A DNA stretch of 31,102 nt from Octopus sinensis (lineage: Eukaryota), in the NCBI RefSeq assembly GCF_006345805.1, contig NW_021832367.1, positions 1 to 31,102 of the forward strand. The letters run 5' to 3'. Below are positions 21,485 to 31,102 of the stretch, one piece after another. The stretch's first letter is position 1. Each line of letters opens with the position of its first letter. Under the pieces are notes generated by a model, which saw only the letters and a list, made by a program, of their open reading frames with translations, did no database searches and was not told the DNA's origin. The translations under genes were made by a program, and so were the position numbers.

Positions 21485-21646
21485 AATATATATTTTATAT
21501 ATTATCATTTTCTCATTTTATAAAATTTTCTTTCATTTTGAGCATTCTGTTTTTTTAAAAAAATTTTTCCTTACTTATCATTTCTCCACGTGCGGTCAAC
21601 ACAACCCACCATTTATTGATCTATATATATTATATATATAATATAA

Positions 21647-21857
21647 AGTTCATCCAAACATGAAAACACAAAGAGAAAACACAACAACGCGAGGACGTGG
21701 AACAAATATATTATTATTGGAGGTTCAGGAAGGAAGGGAAGAAGGAGGGTTTTACGTTTCGAGCGGAGCTCTTCGTCAGAAACATAGGAAAAGGAAAGTT
21801 CCAGAAAAGGGAAGACGGAGGAAACAAAATCGCAAACGGTACACACGAGGTCACATT

Positions 21858-21860
<3 letters not shown>
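21647..21860 (-). mobile_element. ~210-bp hammerhead-bearing non-coding element adjacent to the PLE end
   Basis: Reverse-complement homologue of 8721-8925; flanked by TA repeats. Confidence 0.82.
21749..21783 (-). ncRNA. Minimal type-I hammerhead ribozyme (35 nt), canonical core
   Basis: GTTT-CTGACGA-a-GAGC-tcc-GCTC-GAAA-CG-TA-AAAC; stem III is only the palindrome ACGT; GUA triplet. Confidence 0.83.
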
Positions 21861-21893
<33 letters not shown>

Positions 21894-21972
21894 ATGTATG
21901 TATCTAGCTAGCTAGCTATCTACATACACATATACATACCGACGTACATGTATGTATTTATTATTATTTCAG

Positions 21973-22127
21973 CTCAAACAGAATTAAAATATTTGCTATT
22001 TACTGTACAGTATTTAGCGAAATGACTGAAAGTCAACTGCGGCGCAATATCTCCCAAGTTTTGAACAAATCCCAGGCATTGCTTAACATAGGAGTTCAGA
22101 AACTTCACTTGAAATTGCTTGATGAAC
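21973..22127 (+). CDS. Host gene exon E (end of SEA-like region)
   Basis: ttattatttcag acceptor and C|gtaagt donor. Phase 2 start matches exon D. Open reading SNRIKIFAIYCTVFSEMTESQLRRNISQVLNKSQALLNIGVQKLHLKLLDE; phase 1 end. Confidence 0.82.
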
Positions 22128-22495
22128 GTAAGTATCGTGTTTCTTATTAATTTTATCACCATTACCGTCATAATTAGCTTCATCAATCACCATTACCATC
22201 CTCTTCGTCGTTGTCATCATCATCAACCACAGTGGATGATACCATAGGACACGCACGCACGCGCGCGCATGAACACACACACGCACACAGACTCTCCCTC
22301 TCTTCTCTCTCTCTCTCTCTCATACATACAACTATTTATTTACATTTTCTCAAAGCTTGGATAATTTCAATAAATCAGCATTTTATTTTACGCTTTTCCG
22401 TTTCTTGTCCCTACGGAATGTTTGTCTTTGCTCATTTTCTTTTTAATTATACCAATTAACCAAGGGCAAAAATGTTTTCTTCTAATTTTGTATAG

Positions 22496-22543
22496 AAGTA
22501 GAAGATGCAGACTCTACTGGGCAGAATAATTCACACAATTCCA
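22496..22543 (+). CDS. Possible 48-nt symmetric (phase 1-1) linker exon of the host gene
   Basis: ttttcttctaattttgtatag acceptor; reads QVEDADSTGQNNSHNS; weak donor gtactt; not required for frame. Confidence 0.3.
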
Positions 22544-22738
22544 GTACTTGCTTTAATTCAAACAAGAAAATTATTTAATGCTGCAAATAATTTTCCTCAG
22601 CAGAATTTCATTTTGTTTGAAGTGATCATGTTAATTTTTGAATTAGGATCGATAGATACACACACAGCTTATACGCTTTAACCAATGTCTAAGAGATATA
22701 CAAGAGGAACAAAGTATGTATATATATAATCCAATGAA

Positions 22739-22860
22739 GGCGCATGGCTTAGTGGTTAGGGTGTTGCACTCACGATTGTGAGATCGTGGTATCGATTCTC
22801 AGATCGATTGTTCTTGGGCGTTGTGTTCTTGAGCAACGCATTTCATTTCACCTTGCTCTA
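22739..22860 (+). mobile_element. tRNA-derived SINE head and core
   Basis: ggcgcaTGGCTTAGTGGTTAGGG (A box)...GGTATCGATTCTC (B-box-like), followed by cgttgtgttcttgagcaa core. Confidence 0.7.
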
Positions 22861-23166
22861 CGGTCATTTCGACATCTGACGTGTGGCTCCCGTTGTTCGG
22901 TAAGAAATTGTCGAACCGTCATACGTCGTCTAACGACCTGAGAGTCCATCGGAATCCAATGAAAACAAGAAGAGAAAGAAAAGCCTGTAATAGTCTTTAA
23001 TTATAAGTTACAAATGTTTCCCTAACATTTCCATTTGCATCGCCAGTTCTAAACTTCTAAAAGAAAAATTACGTAATATTTGCGGTTTTAGGCATTGGAG
23101 AGGAACTTCCTCAGACTTGCATGAAAGGCGTGCTATTACATTGTGCGTTTAGGTCTGACAGACGCA

Positions 23167-23290
23167 TTTTTACTTGTTACAGGCACTTCACTGTGGCCAC
23201 GCTGGAGCACCACCTTGAAGAGTGTTAGTCGAAGAAATCGATCCCAGGAGTTATTCTTTGAAAGCCTAGTGCTAATTCTATCTGTCGCGG
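23167..23290 (-). mobile_element. SINE 3' fragment (family of 8465-8650)
   Basis: ttttacttgtt...gtggccacgctggagcaccacc...aaatcgatcccaggagttattctttg aligns with 8484-8590. Confidence 0.68.
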
Positions 23291-23889
23291 TCCTTGGAAT
23301 TTTCCGAAGGATTCCTGGTATTGTAGTGAAAAGGGAGATAATAGAGGGGTAGGCAGTATGTTGACGTTTGAATTGCGAGTTGCGATTCGAGTCTGTATCA
23401 GTATCATGGGTCATATATAAATATAAAAGTCTTTACAAATTGTTATTTCTGGTGATATTGACCAAGACTTTTGATTCTCAGTTACATTCTCATAAATGAC
23501 CAGCTCAAATTTTTTCCCAAATTAAGCATTTCTTATCCAGAAAATCAAACTCATTTCAACCTTCTTTAATCAGCATCTACCTCTTTGAACGACTTCTTGT
23601 ATGTCGCTGTTATACATGTCCATAATTTGCACATATCTCAGTCGGAAAGTATTTCTTTCCTATTATATCATGGAAAGTTCATGGTGAACCACTTTCGAGC
23701 GAAATCATTAATAGATCGGTGTTAAAGTCATGCCTGGCTTGCCTCAAGGGGGATAATATTTCGAAAATGTCCGATATTTTTAATATTTTTGATAGCGTAA
23801 GAGAATATCGCTCTCCATATGTGTTTCTAACACTTCATGGCACATGGTTCTCAAATCAGCCAGCACGTCCAAACTATTTATTTACAACA

Positions 23890-24040
23890 GCAACTGCTGC
23901 TGCTACTGCTATTTCTACTACTACTACTACTACATCAACAATACCAACATCACAACACCACCACTATCACAACCACCACCACCACCACCACCACCACCAC
24001 CACCACAACCAACACCAATACCACTACCAACACCGCCATC
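23890..24040. repeat. Trinucleotide low-complexity tract (CTG/CTA/CCA)
   Basis: Read directly; source of poly-T/H/P ORFs. Confidence 0.9.
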
Positions 24041-24113
24041 ACTTTTGCATCTAATATTTCAGCTCAGAGCAACTGTAATTCCCTTAAATTTCATGTTAAA
24101 TTTTCCATTGCAG

Positions 24114-24342
24114 GAAACATCGACAGTATTTTGGAGGAGGTTTTAGATGTATCCCAGAAATCAGTGTATTTCAAAGAAGATGTTGAATTGGCTGTAGACC
24201 TTCACGAGAAAATGGTGCCACTTGTATCGAAAGTGTCGGCCAATATAACTTTGAACCACACACTTCGTAGTATCAACAATTTGTTAAACATACCAGAGGA
24301 GGTTCTGGCCGAGACAGAACAAGAGAATAGAAGTGCCAACAG
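24114..24342 (+). CDS. Host gene exon F: helical GAIN subdomain A-like region
   Basis: ttttccattgcag acceptor and AG|gtaata donor. Reads NIDSILEEVLDVSQKSVYFKEDVELAVDLHEKMV...LRSINNLLNIPEEVLAETEQENRSANR, typical of adhesion-GPCR GAIN-A (DV..AV..L.K; I.NLL....VL...E...R). Confidence 0.88.
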
Positions 24343-24363
24343 GTAATATTCAAATCACTTTTG

Positions 24364-24396
<33 letters not shown>

Positions 24397-24428
24397 ATAA
24401 TGGTGGTGGTGGTGGTAGTGGTAGAATA

Positions 24429-24478
<50 letters not shown>

Positions 24479-24507
24479 TAATAATAATAATGATGATAAT
24501 GATGATA

Positions 24508-24538
<31 letters not shown>

Positions 24539-24560
24539 TATAATAATGATAATAATAATA

Positions 24561-24910
24561 CCAGCAGATGACAACGTGTCTCTACAAGAAATGGAGAAAC
24601 TTTCAAAATACAAGGACCTGGAAATAGAGGTAACTCGAACGTGGAATCTAAAAACAGAAACAATTCCTATCATAGTGAGCGCATTAAGTATGATGTAAAA
24701 AACATTCAGACAAATACATAAGAAAAACACCAGGACTAACAAATATACATAACTTACAGAAAATAGTACTACTAGGCACACTGCACATACGTAAAACACA
24801 TTCAATAAAGTAACCATAAGAGCGTCACAGCAAACCACAGCACATACCCAAGGCACACATAGCTGCGCTCGATAGTGAAGTGAAAGCACGTTATAAAAAT
24901 AAGACTACTG
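24561..24910 (+). mobile_element. 3' end of an R4/Dong-clade retrotransposon (restriction-like endonuclease C-terminus + 3' UTR) inserted in (TAA)n
   Basis: Translates PADDNVSLQEMEKLSKYKDLEIEVTRTWNLKTETIPIIVSAL...LQKIVLLGT; TAA repeats on both sides, the known Dong target. Confidence 0.85.
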
Positions 24911-25188
24911 AATAATAATAATAATAATAATAATGATGATGATGATGATGATGATGATAAGAAGAAGAAGAAGAAAAGTAAAAAGAAATAGATCCCGCGG
25001 TCATATATGGAGCGGCATAAATAATAAAAGTTGTTGCATCAATGCTAACAACAACAACAGAAGTATTAGAAGCAAGAGTAGCATGCAAAAATTTGTTAAG
25101 CGAAATAATTAGTGTAATTACACCTAAAGCTAATTACGTATTCGAAACACATTGTTAATGGAAAGTCGTTTTCTTGATTTCCTCACAG

Positions 25189-25360
25189 ATTGCTGCATCT
25201 TATACAAGAAATCCCAGAAAAGATTCCACTGGAGGAGCAGCAAGTCACAGCTATCTATTCTAATCTTGGTATTGGTGTTGCCAAAGTGAATCCGGACGCA
25301 TTCGATGGTCTTTTCTATGGGGTTTCCTACGGAACCAATGAACCAAGAAGAAAAACAATG
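25189..25360 (+). CDS. Host gene exon G (GAIN domain)
   Basis: gatttcctcacag acceptor and ATG|gtacta donor. Phase 2 start completes Arg. Reads LLHLIQEIPEKIPLEEQQVTAIYSNLGIGVAKVNPDAFDGLFYGVSYGTNEPRRKTM. Confidence 0.88.
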
Positions 25361-25506
25361 GTACTAAACGTTCTCATGATTACTCTCTTGTTCTAAACAC
25401 CCAAGTTGATAAAATACATTAGAATGGAATATAATTACGTTTATTGTTATGTAAAGTAAGACAAGATGTCTATGCATGTATCTATCTACCTGTCTGTCTG
25501 TATACA

Positions 25507-25507
<1 letters not shown>

Positions 25508-25589
<82 letters not shown>

Positions 25590-25816
25590 GATCGATTTAT
25601 CTATCTATCTAGTTACCTACCTACCTACCTACCTACCTACCTACCTACCTACCTACCTACTACCTACCTACCTACCTACCTACCTACCTACCTACTACCT
25701 ACCTACCTACCTACCTACCTACCTACTACATACATACCTACTACCTACCTACCTACCTACCTACCTACCTACCTACCTACCTACCTACCTACCTACCTAC
25801 CTACCTACCTACCTAC
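25508..25816. repeat. (TCTA)n/(CCTA)n microsatellite
   Basis: Read directly. Confidence 0.97.
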
Positions 25817-26033
25817 CTTTCTCCTTGGTTCCTTCCTTCGAATTCGGTGCGTGTGTATATTTGATGAAATAGTTTGACTTTAGCGTCTCGTTACAGCGTG
25901 CGGCTTTACTTATCGTAATCACCCTATTGTGATAATGCATTTAAAAAAATTATATACCTCGTATTAATTTTTTCCGTAATTGATTTTACAAGGTGGCTAC
26001 TTAATAAAATATAAATTTTATCCTTACATTCTA

Positions 26034-26103
<70 letters not shown>

Positions 26104-26120
26104 ATATATTATATATATAT

Positions 26121-26400
26121 TAGAAAAACATTTTAGCAATCAAATATGAACAATTAAATTACACCATCTAGAAAATTACATATAATAGAAATTAAAAATA
26201 ACATATATCCGAAATTAAAGTAAATTGCAAAAAAATAATAGAAACGTATATATTTGGTAGAATAACGACACGTGTTTCGTGACCATATTTAAGAAATGAT
26301 TATAGTAAAAAAATTTAATAATAGTAGTAGTAAAATCACTTCGATATAAATATTGCCACCCATCAGGTTAAAATAAACTAGAATAATAAAATAATCACTT
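26121..26400 (-). mobile_element. AT-rich non-coding hammerhead-bearing element between (TA)n tracts
   Basis: Homologous to ~4640-4787; contains the hammerhead at 26263-26370. Confidence 0.72.
26263..26370 (-). ncRNA. Type-I hammerhead with very long stem II
   Basis: Minus strand: stem I TAAC/GTTA; core CTGATGG (A9G); stem II GTGGC-a-atattta...taaatat-g-GTCAC enclosing a further AU-rich hairpin; GAAA; palindromic A-CACGTG-T; GUC triplet. Confidence 0.78.
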
Positions 26401-26411
26401 AATAAATATAC

Positions 26412-26448
<37 letters not shown>

Positions 26449-27193
26449 ATACTAAATATACATTAAGTGAAAACTAAAAACAATTTTTTAAATTATTCAA
26501 TACTTTAAAATTAATTAATATACACAATGCTAGTACAGGCCATTAATATCGTAATGAAAATAAGAAATGGTTCAAATATAGACAAACTCATTAAATAAGC
26601 TAACTATATAATTAATATATATGTGTAGTATCTATAGATTTAATAAATCACTCAATAATATAATTGACTAAATATCAATTAATATAATACCTAATTATCT
26701 TAAATTTCATACTACATAATAAATTTACCAACTAATACTTAAATAATATATTGTGTAACAAAATTAATTCTCAAATTAAATTAAATGTAATACGTTAGAT
26801 CCTTTTATAAAAAAATCTAAATAAATAGGTTTAATAATTAATATCTATCGTAACTTATAACTATCAAAAATTATTTACTAATGGAAAGTAAGAAACATTT
26901 AAGCCCCATAAATTAAAGAAAGGTGCAAAAATATTAGAAAAAATGAACAATACACTATGAAGATATTCAACCACAACCAACAGTCCACTACAAATCCAGT
27001 CAATGACAATAATAATAATAACAACAACAATCAAACTCAAAATAATACAGGATCCAAATAATATTGATAAACAATATATATTACGATGTTCAACGATTAA
27101 ATTGATCTAGCTGGATTTTAAATGTATAAAAATATGTTTTAGCGTCTTATTAATATACCCAATGCTATAACTAGTCTTGAATAATATATAATA

Positions 27194-27661
27194 TTCTCCC
27201 TAGAGCGAAGGCAGGAGAGATATGCGGTGATATACATGTGGAAAATCCTGGAGGGTCTTGTCCCAAACTTTGGCATTCAAAGTTACCCCAACCGCAGAAC
27301 GGGGCGCCAATGCATGGTGCCAAAGATTCCAACATCACAATCAAAGTACAGGTCCAGATACTGCAACAGCTTGGGTTTCAGAGGACCACAGCTCTTTAAC
27401 ATCCTCCCTAAATGCCTGAGAGACTTACATGGTGTGGATGTGGGTTTCTTTAAAACTAAACTGGATCTCTTCTTGTCGGGGGTCCCAGATGAACCTACCT
27501 CACGACAGGAGACACAGATGCGGGCAGCGGCATCGAACTCCCTTGTTGACCAAGTGACACGTATCAGAGGTGGATTCACATATTAGTGTAGCTCATTCAG
27601 CGGTGGTGCCCCAGCATGGCCGCGGCCTTCGGGCTAAAACATTTTTAAGGATTTAAGGATT
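27194..27661 (+). mobile_element. 5'-truncated CR1/L2-group LINE: ORF2 C-terminus, 3' UTR hairpin and short tandem tail
   Basis: FSLERRQERYAVIYMWKILEGLVPN...SLGFRGPQLFNILPKCLRD....FKTKLDLFLSGVPDEP...AASNSLVDQ, stop at 27586; tail (tttaagga)x2. Confidence 0.85.
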
Positions 27662-27667
27662 TATATA

Positions 27668-27937
27668 CTAGCAGTATCACCCGGCGTTGCGGTTTGTTTA
27701 GACCCTTTAGAATTGGAATTTTTGAAAAGTAAAAATTTGGCAGTATGTAGCTTGTTATTCTCTTTAAGTGAAATACACCGAAAAATGGCGACACAACAGT
27801 GAAAAGATCGTAAAAAATAGGGATTTTCATAGAAAAAAGGCACCTTTTTGATGTAAATAATTTTTGGTGTTAACATGGTCCGATTTGAATATTTTCTTCC
27901 ACGGAAGGAAGAGTTAGCCTTCTTCTATCATACTCTC

Positions 27938-27968
<31 letters not shown>

Positions 27969-28394
27969 TGATATATATATATATTATATATATATATTAA
28001 TACGAAAAACCCTCTAGGCTACATCCCGAAAATTCCTTTCTTTGACGAATTTCTACAATGTTTACGGCGATTCCTTTTTATATCTTGATTTTTTATTTTT
28101 CATGCAATTTACGCATGCTTGCGCGCGTGGTGAACACAGTTTACGTCAAACAGCTGACTGAGTAAAGTTCACTATTCAATGCATGGGATAAGCTCTAAAC
28201 AAACACATTATCGATTTTTGCACTTGCGAGATGAATTTCGGAACAGAAATAGCGCAGTTCAATTTTCATTCGCCTAAACTTTAAGTGACCCATTTTTGCT
28301 GGTTCTACGATTTGTTGGCTAGGAGGAGATGTGCCGGGAATTTAAACACACAGACACACACACAGACACACAAGTTGAGTTTTATATATATAGA
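27668..28394 (-). mobile_element. Non-autonomous Helitron-like element
   Basis: Minus strand begins A|TCTATATATATAAAA followed by a GT/GTCT microsatellite and ends gcaacgccgggtgatactgCTAG|T: 5'-TC, 3'-CTAG, inserted between A and T. Subterminal hairpin is weak. Internal (TA)n at ~27938-27998. Confidence 0.72.
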
Positions 28395-28642
28395 TATATA
28401 TATATGTACATATATATATATATATACATATCAACCACATAAAAAAGATGAACAATATAACAATAATTAGAGCATACATTCATACTGCATTATTTTTCTG
28501 ATCATTTGCTTCATCAGAAAAATATAAAAAGTTTGTGCATGTTTCAGCTAAATACATTATCATGTGTAATTGTGTGTAGCAAATGGAGTACACGGGTGTA
28601 TTTGGTTTTTTGTATGTATGCTTGTTACAAAACGTTTCAGGA

Positions 28643-28803
28643 ATATTGTTATATTTCGGAATGGTCATTTTGCCAGTTTAGCCAATAAGATTAAGATTAA
28701 TGTAATAAATAAATAACACTGAAGCAAAGTAACACCAAATATATAGTGCGTGTGTTTTTGTTGGCTAAACTGGCAAAGTGACCATTCCGAAATATAACAA
28801 TAT
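28643..28803. repeat. 43-bp inverted repeat with 75-nt spacer inside an unclassified repeat
   Basis: 28643-28685 vs 28761-28803, one mismatch; aaacgtttcaggaata also occurs as a direct repeat at ~28630 and ~28853. Confidence 0.8.
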
Positions 28804-29213
28804 CTGTTTCAACACACGACTTCACATAAAAAATCTTGCACAACAAATATATAAACGTTTCAGGAATAAATAGTAGAAAATTATGTCATTGGTTGAAAAT
28901 AATGGGAATTTGTACAAAATACTTCTGTCTCCATTTCACTGCGATCCCAAGACAAGAAAGCGATCGAGGCAGAATGTAGAAAATTATTGAATAGACCAAT
29001 AATTAGTTGACCGACGTAGAAACCCCAATGGTTGCTTGTGTATGAGATAATGGCAGTGTATGATACTGGTAGTTTGAGATATTATGTTACTTGCAATGTT
29101 GTAGTCGTGTAGTGGTTATGGAAGAAGAGGTTACAATAATAGTAGCAGTAGCAACTGTAGTAGTGTTATTTATTCTTTATTGATTTCAATTTATCTTTCT
29201 TTTTCTCCACCAG

Positions 29214-29372
29214 ATATACGACTCACCAAATCCCGACCAACAAGAAGCAGATGCGAAGATCATGGCATCTATTTCATTACCAAGGAGTTTATTAAAACAT
29301 CTGAAAGACGAAGAAAGGTCATCCGTTTCGCGGATAACTTTTTTCTCCATGCGGGACGATAAGCTATATAGG
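29214..29372 (+). CDS. Host gene exon H (GAIN subdomain B beta strands)
   Basis: Long polypyrimidine tract, ccaccag acceptor and AGG|gtatgg donor; phase 0. Reads IYDSPNPDQQEADAKIMASISLPRSLLKHLKDEERSSVSRITFFSMRDDKLYR, matching the GAIN SI.LP.SL...RI.F..Y....LF pattern. Confidence 0.88.
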
Positions 29373-29567
29373 GTATGGAACAAAAACGGACATTTTTCAT
29401 CTTCTTGTTGACAGGAGAATGTTTGGATGCATTGAGGCTCTTTTTGATAATAATAGAAACAATACTAATGTAACATAACTGCCAATGTTTATGTGAATAT
29501 ACTCATCTATATATGAGAGCATGTGTGTGTGAACAATTTATTATGCATATAGAAACTCAGGAGAGAA

Positions 29568-29920
29568 GGCGGCGAGCTGGCAGAAACGTTAGCACGCCAG
29601 GCGAAATGCTTAGCAGTATTTCGTCTGTCGTTACGTTCTGAGTTCAAATTCTGTAACAGTTACGCACTGGAGTCGATGTAATCGACTTAATCCATTTGTG
29701 TGTCCTTGTTTGTCCCCTTTGTGTTAAGCCCTTTTCGCCTGCCGTTACGTTCTGAGTTCAAATTCCGCTGAGGTCGACTTTGCCTTTCCTCCTTTCGGAG
29801 TCGATTAAATAAGTATCAGTTATGCACTGGGGTCGATGTAAGCGACTTAATCCATTTGTCTGTTCTTGTTTGTCCCCTGTTCTATGTTTGGCTTCTTGTG
29901 GGCTATAAAGAAATAAGAAA
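29568..29920 (+). mobile_element. tRNA-derived SINE, internally deleted copy plus second partial copy
   Basis: ggcggcgagcTGGCAGAAACGTTAG...GAGTTCAAATTC; homologous to 12899-13130. Confidence 0.82.
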
Positions 29921-30314
29921 CTCGGGAGGGAACTTGTTTTGAGTTTTGTTTCGGATAGACTTCTCTTAAGAAAATTAGTTTATCAAAAGCAGAAATAACA
30001 TCAACGAATCTTGAGACACTGAGGTTCCAACTTGATTCTACCGCTACAGACATTCGGACTTTATTCAGAATCTTTGTTCAAATATAAAAAACCGAAAGAC
30101 ATTTGCTGATTTCTGTAGAAGTTGGCCGGGGACAAATGGAATCCCTCTTTGCTCTCCAAACAACGTTAGATTCAAGGAACGATGGGAAGAACATTTATAA
30201 CTGAAATAAAAATTTAAAACAATGGCAGCGATAAACTTTTGTCTCGGAGGTCTCTGATAAGATACACGAAATCACTTAGGAGAAACTTCTGTGACAAAAC
30301 ACACGCACGTCACA

Positions 30315-30501
30315 TCTTTCTTTCTATCTGTCAACCTTTCCTTCTTTCTTTCTTCCTTCTTTCTTTCTTTCCTTCTTTCTTCCTTTCTTTCTTTCCTTCT
30401 TTCTTTCTTTCTTTCTTTCCTTTTTACTTTCCTTCTTTCTTTCTTTCTTTCTTTCTAGCTGTCATCCTTTCCTTCTTTCTTTCTATCTGTCATCCTTTCC
30501 T

Positions 30502-30538
<37 letters not shown>

Positions 30539-30934
30539 TTTCTTTCTTCTTTGTTTCTTTCTTACCTTCTTTCTTTCCTTCTTTCTTTCTTTTTTATTTC
30601 TTTCCTTCTTTCTTTCTTTCTTCCTATCTGTCATCCTTTCTTTCTTTCTTTCTAGCTGTCATCCTTTCCTTCTTTCTTTCTTTCCTTCTTTCTTTCTTTC
30701 TTTCTTTCTTTCCTTCTTTCTTACTTTCTTTCTTTCTTTCTTTCCTTCTTCTTGTTGTTTGTTTGTATCTTTCTTTCAATCTTTCTTTTTCTTCTTTCTT
30801 TCTTTCATTCTTTCTGTCTATTTTTCCTTACTTCTTTCTTTCTTTCTTTCTTTCTTTCCGTCCATCTTTCTTTCTTGCTTTCATTCCTTCTTTCTTTCTT
30901 TTTTTCTTTCTTTCTTTCTCTCTTTCTTTCTTTT

Positions 30935-30966
<32 letters not shown>

Positions 30967-31102
30967 TGTTTGCTTGTTTCTTCCTTTCTTTCTTTCCATC
31001 TTTCTTTCTTTCCTTCTTTCCTTCTTTCTTTCTTTCTTTCTTTCTTTTCTTCTTTCTTTCTTTCTTTCTTTCTTTGTTTCATTCTTTCTTTCTTTCTATC
31101 TA
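30315..31102. repeat. (TTTC)n/(TTCC)n polypyrimidine microsatellite
   Basis: Read directly to the window end. Confidence 0.97.

Larger units (their letters stand above)
15511..21622 (-). mobile_element. Penelope-like retroelement (Neptune-type), near full length, with direct and inverted pseudo-LTRs
   Basis: Direct repeat 15511-16629 vs 20124-21238; inverted copy 21238-21622 of 20076-20459; RT + GIY-YIG ORF; hammerhead motif in each pLTR; (TA)n at both ends. Confidence 0.95.

Noticed and set aside
22739-22810. Genuine tRNA gene
   Set aside because: No complete cloverleaf; continues into a SINE core. The same applies to the heads at 12899, 13847 and 29568.
26446-27190. AT-rich segment possibly continuing the hammerhead element or encoding a PLE fragment
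   Set aside because: No RT/endonuclease or ribozyme motif found and no second copy in the window.

Overview
Eukaryotic, AT-rich, microsatellite-dense genomic DNA. The SINE families and repeat landscape look like a cephalopod, probably Octopus (inference). The window holds eight phase-compatible + strand exons (1256-29372) of an adhesion-GPCR-like gene whose ectodomain reads Ly6/uPAR (three-finger)-like domain, SEA-like domain, GAIN domain. The 7TM part is not in the window. The introns are packed with mobile DNA: a near full-length Penelope-like retroelement (RT + C-terminal GIY-YIG, Neptune-type Cys linker, direct and inverted pseudo-LTRs), a complete but disabled mariner, R4/Dong and CR1-like LINE fragments, tRNA-derived SINEs and a non-autonomous Helitron. 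The most striking unannotated signal is 12 minimal type-I hammerhead-ribozyme motifs in at least 7 sequence families, plus one half motif. Most lie in short non-coding elements embedded in (TA)n tracts, as tandem ~387 and ~466 nt monomers or as long inverted repeats. In two cases an element boundary falls within 1 nt of the predicted self-cleavage site. This suggests a diverse retrozyme-like system mobilised by Penelope-like elements. Many frameshifts look like long-read indel errors.
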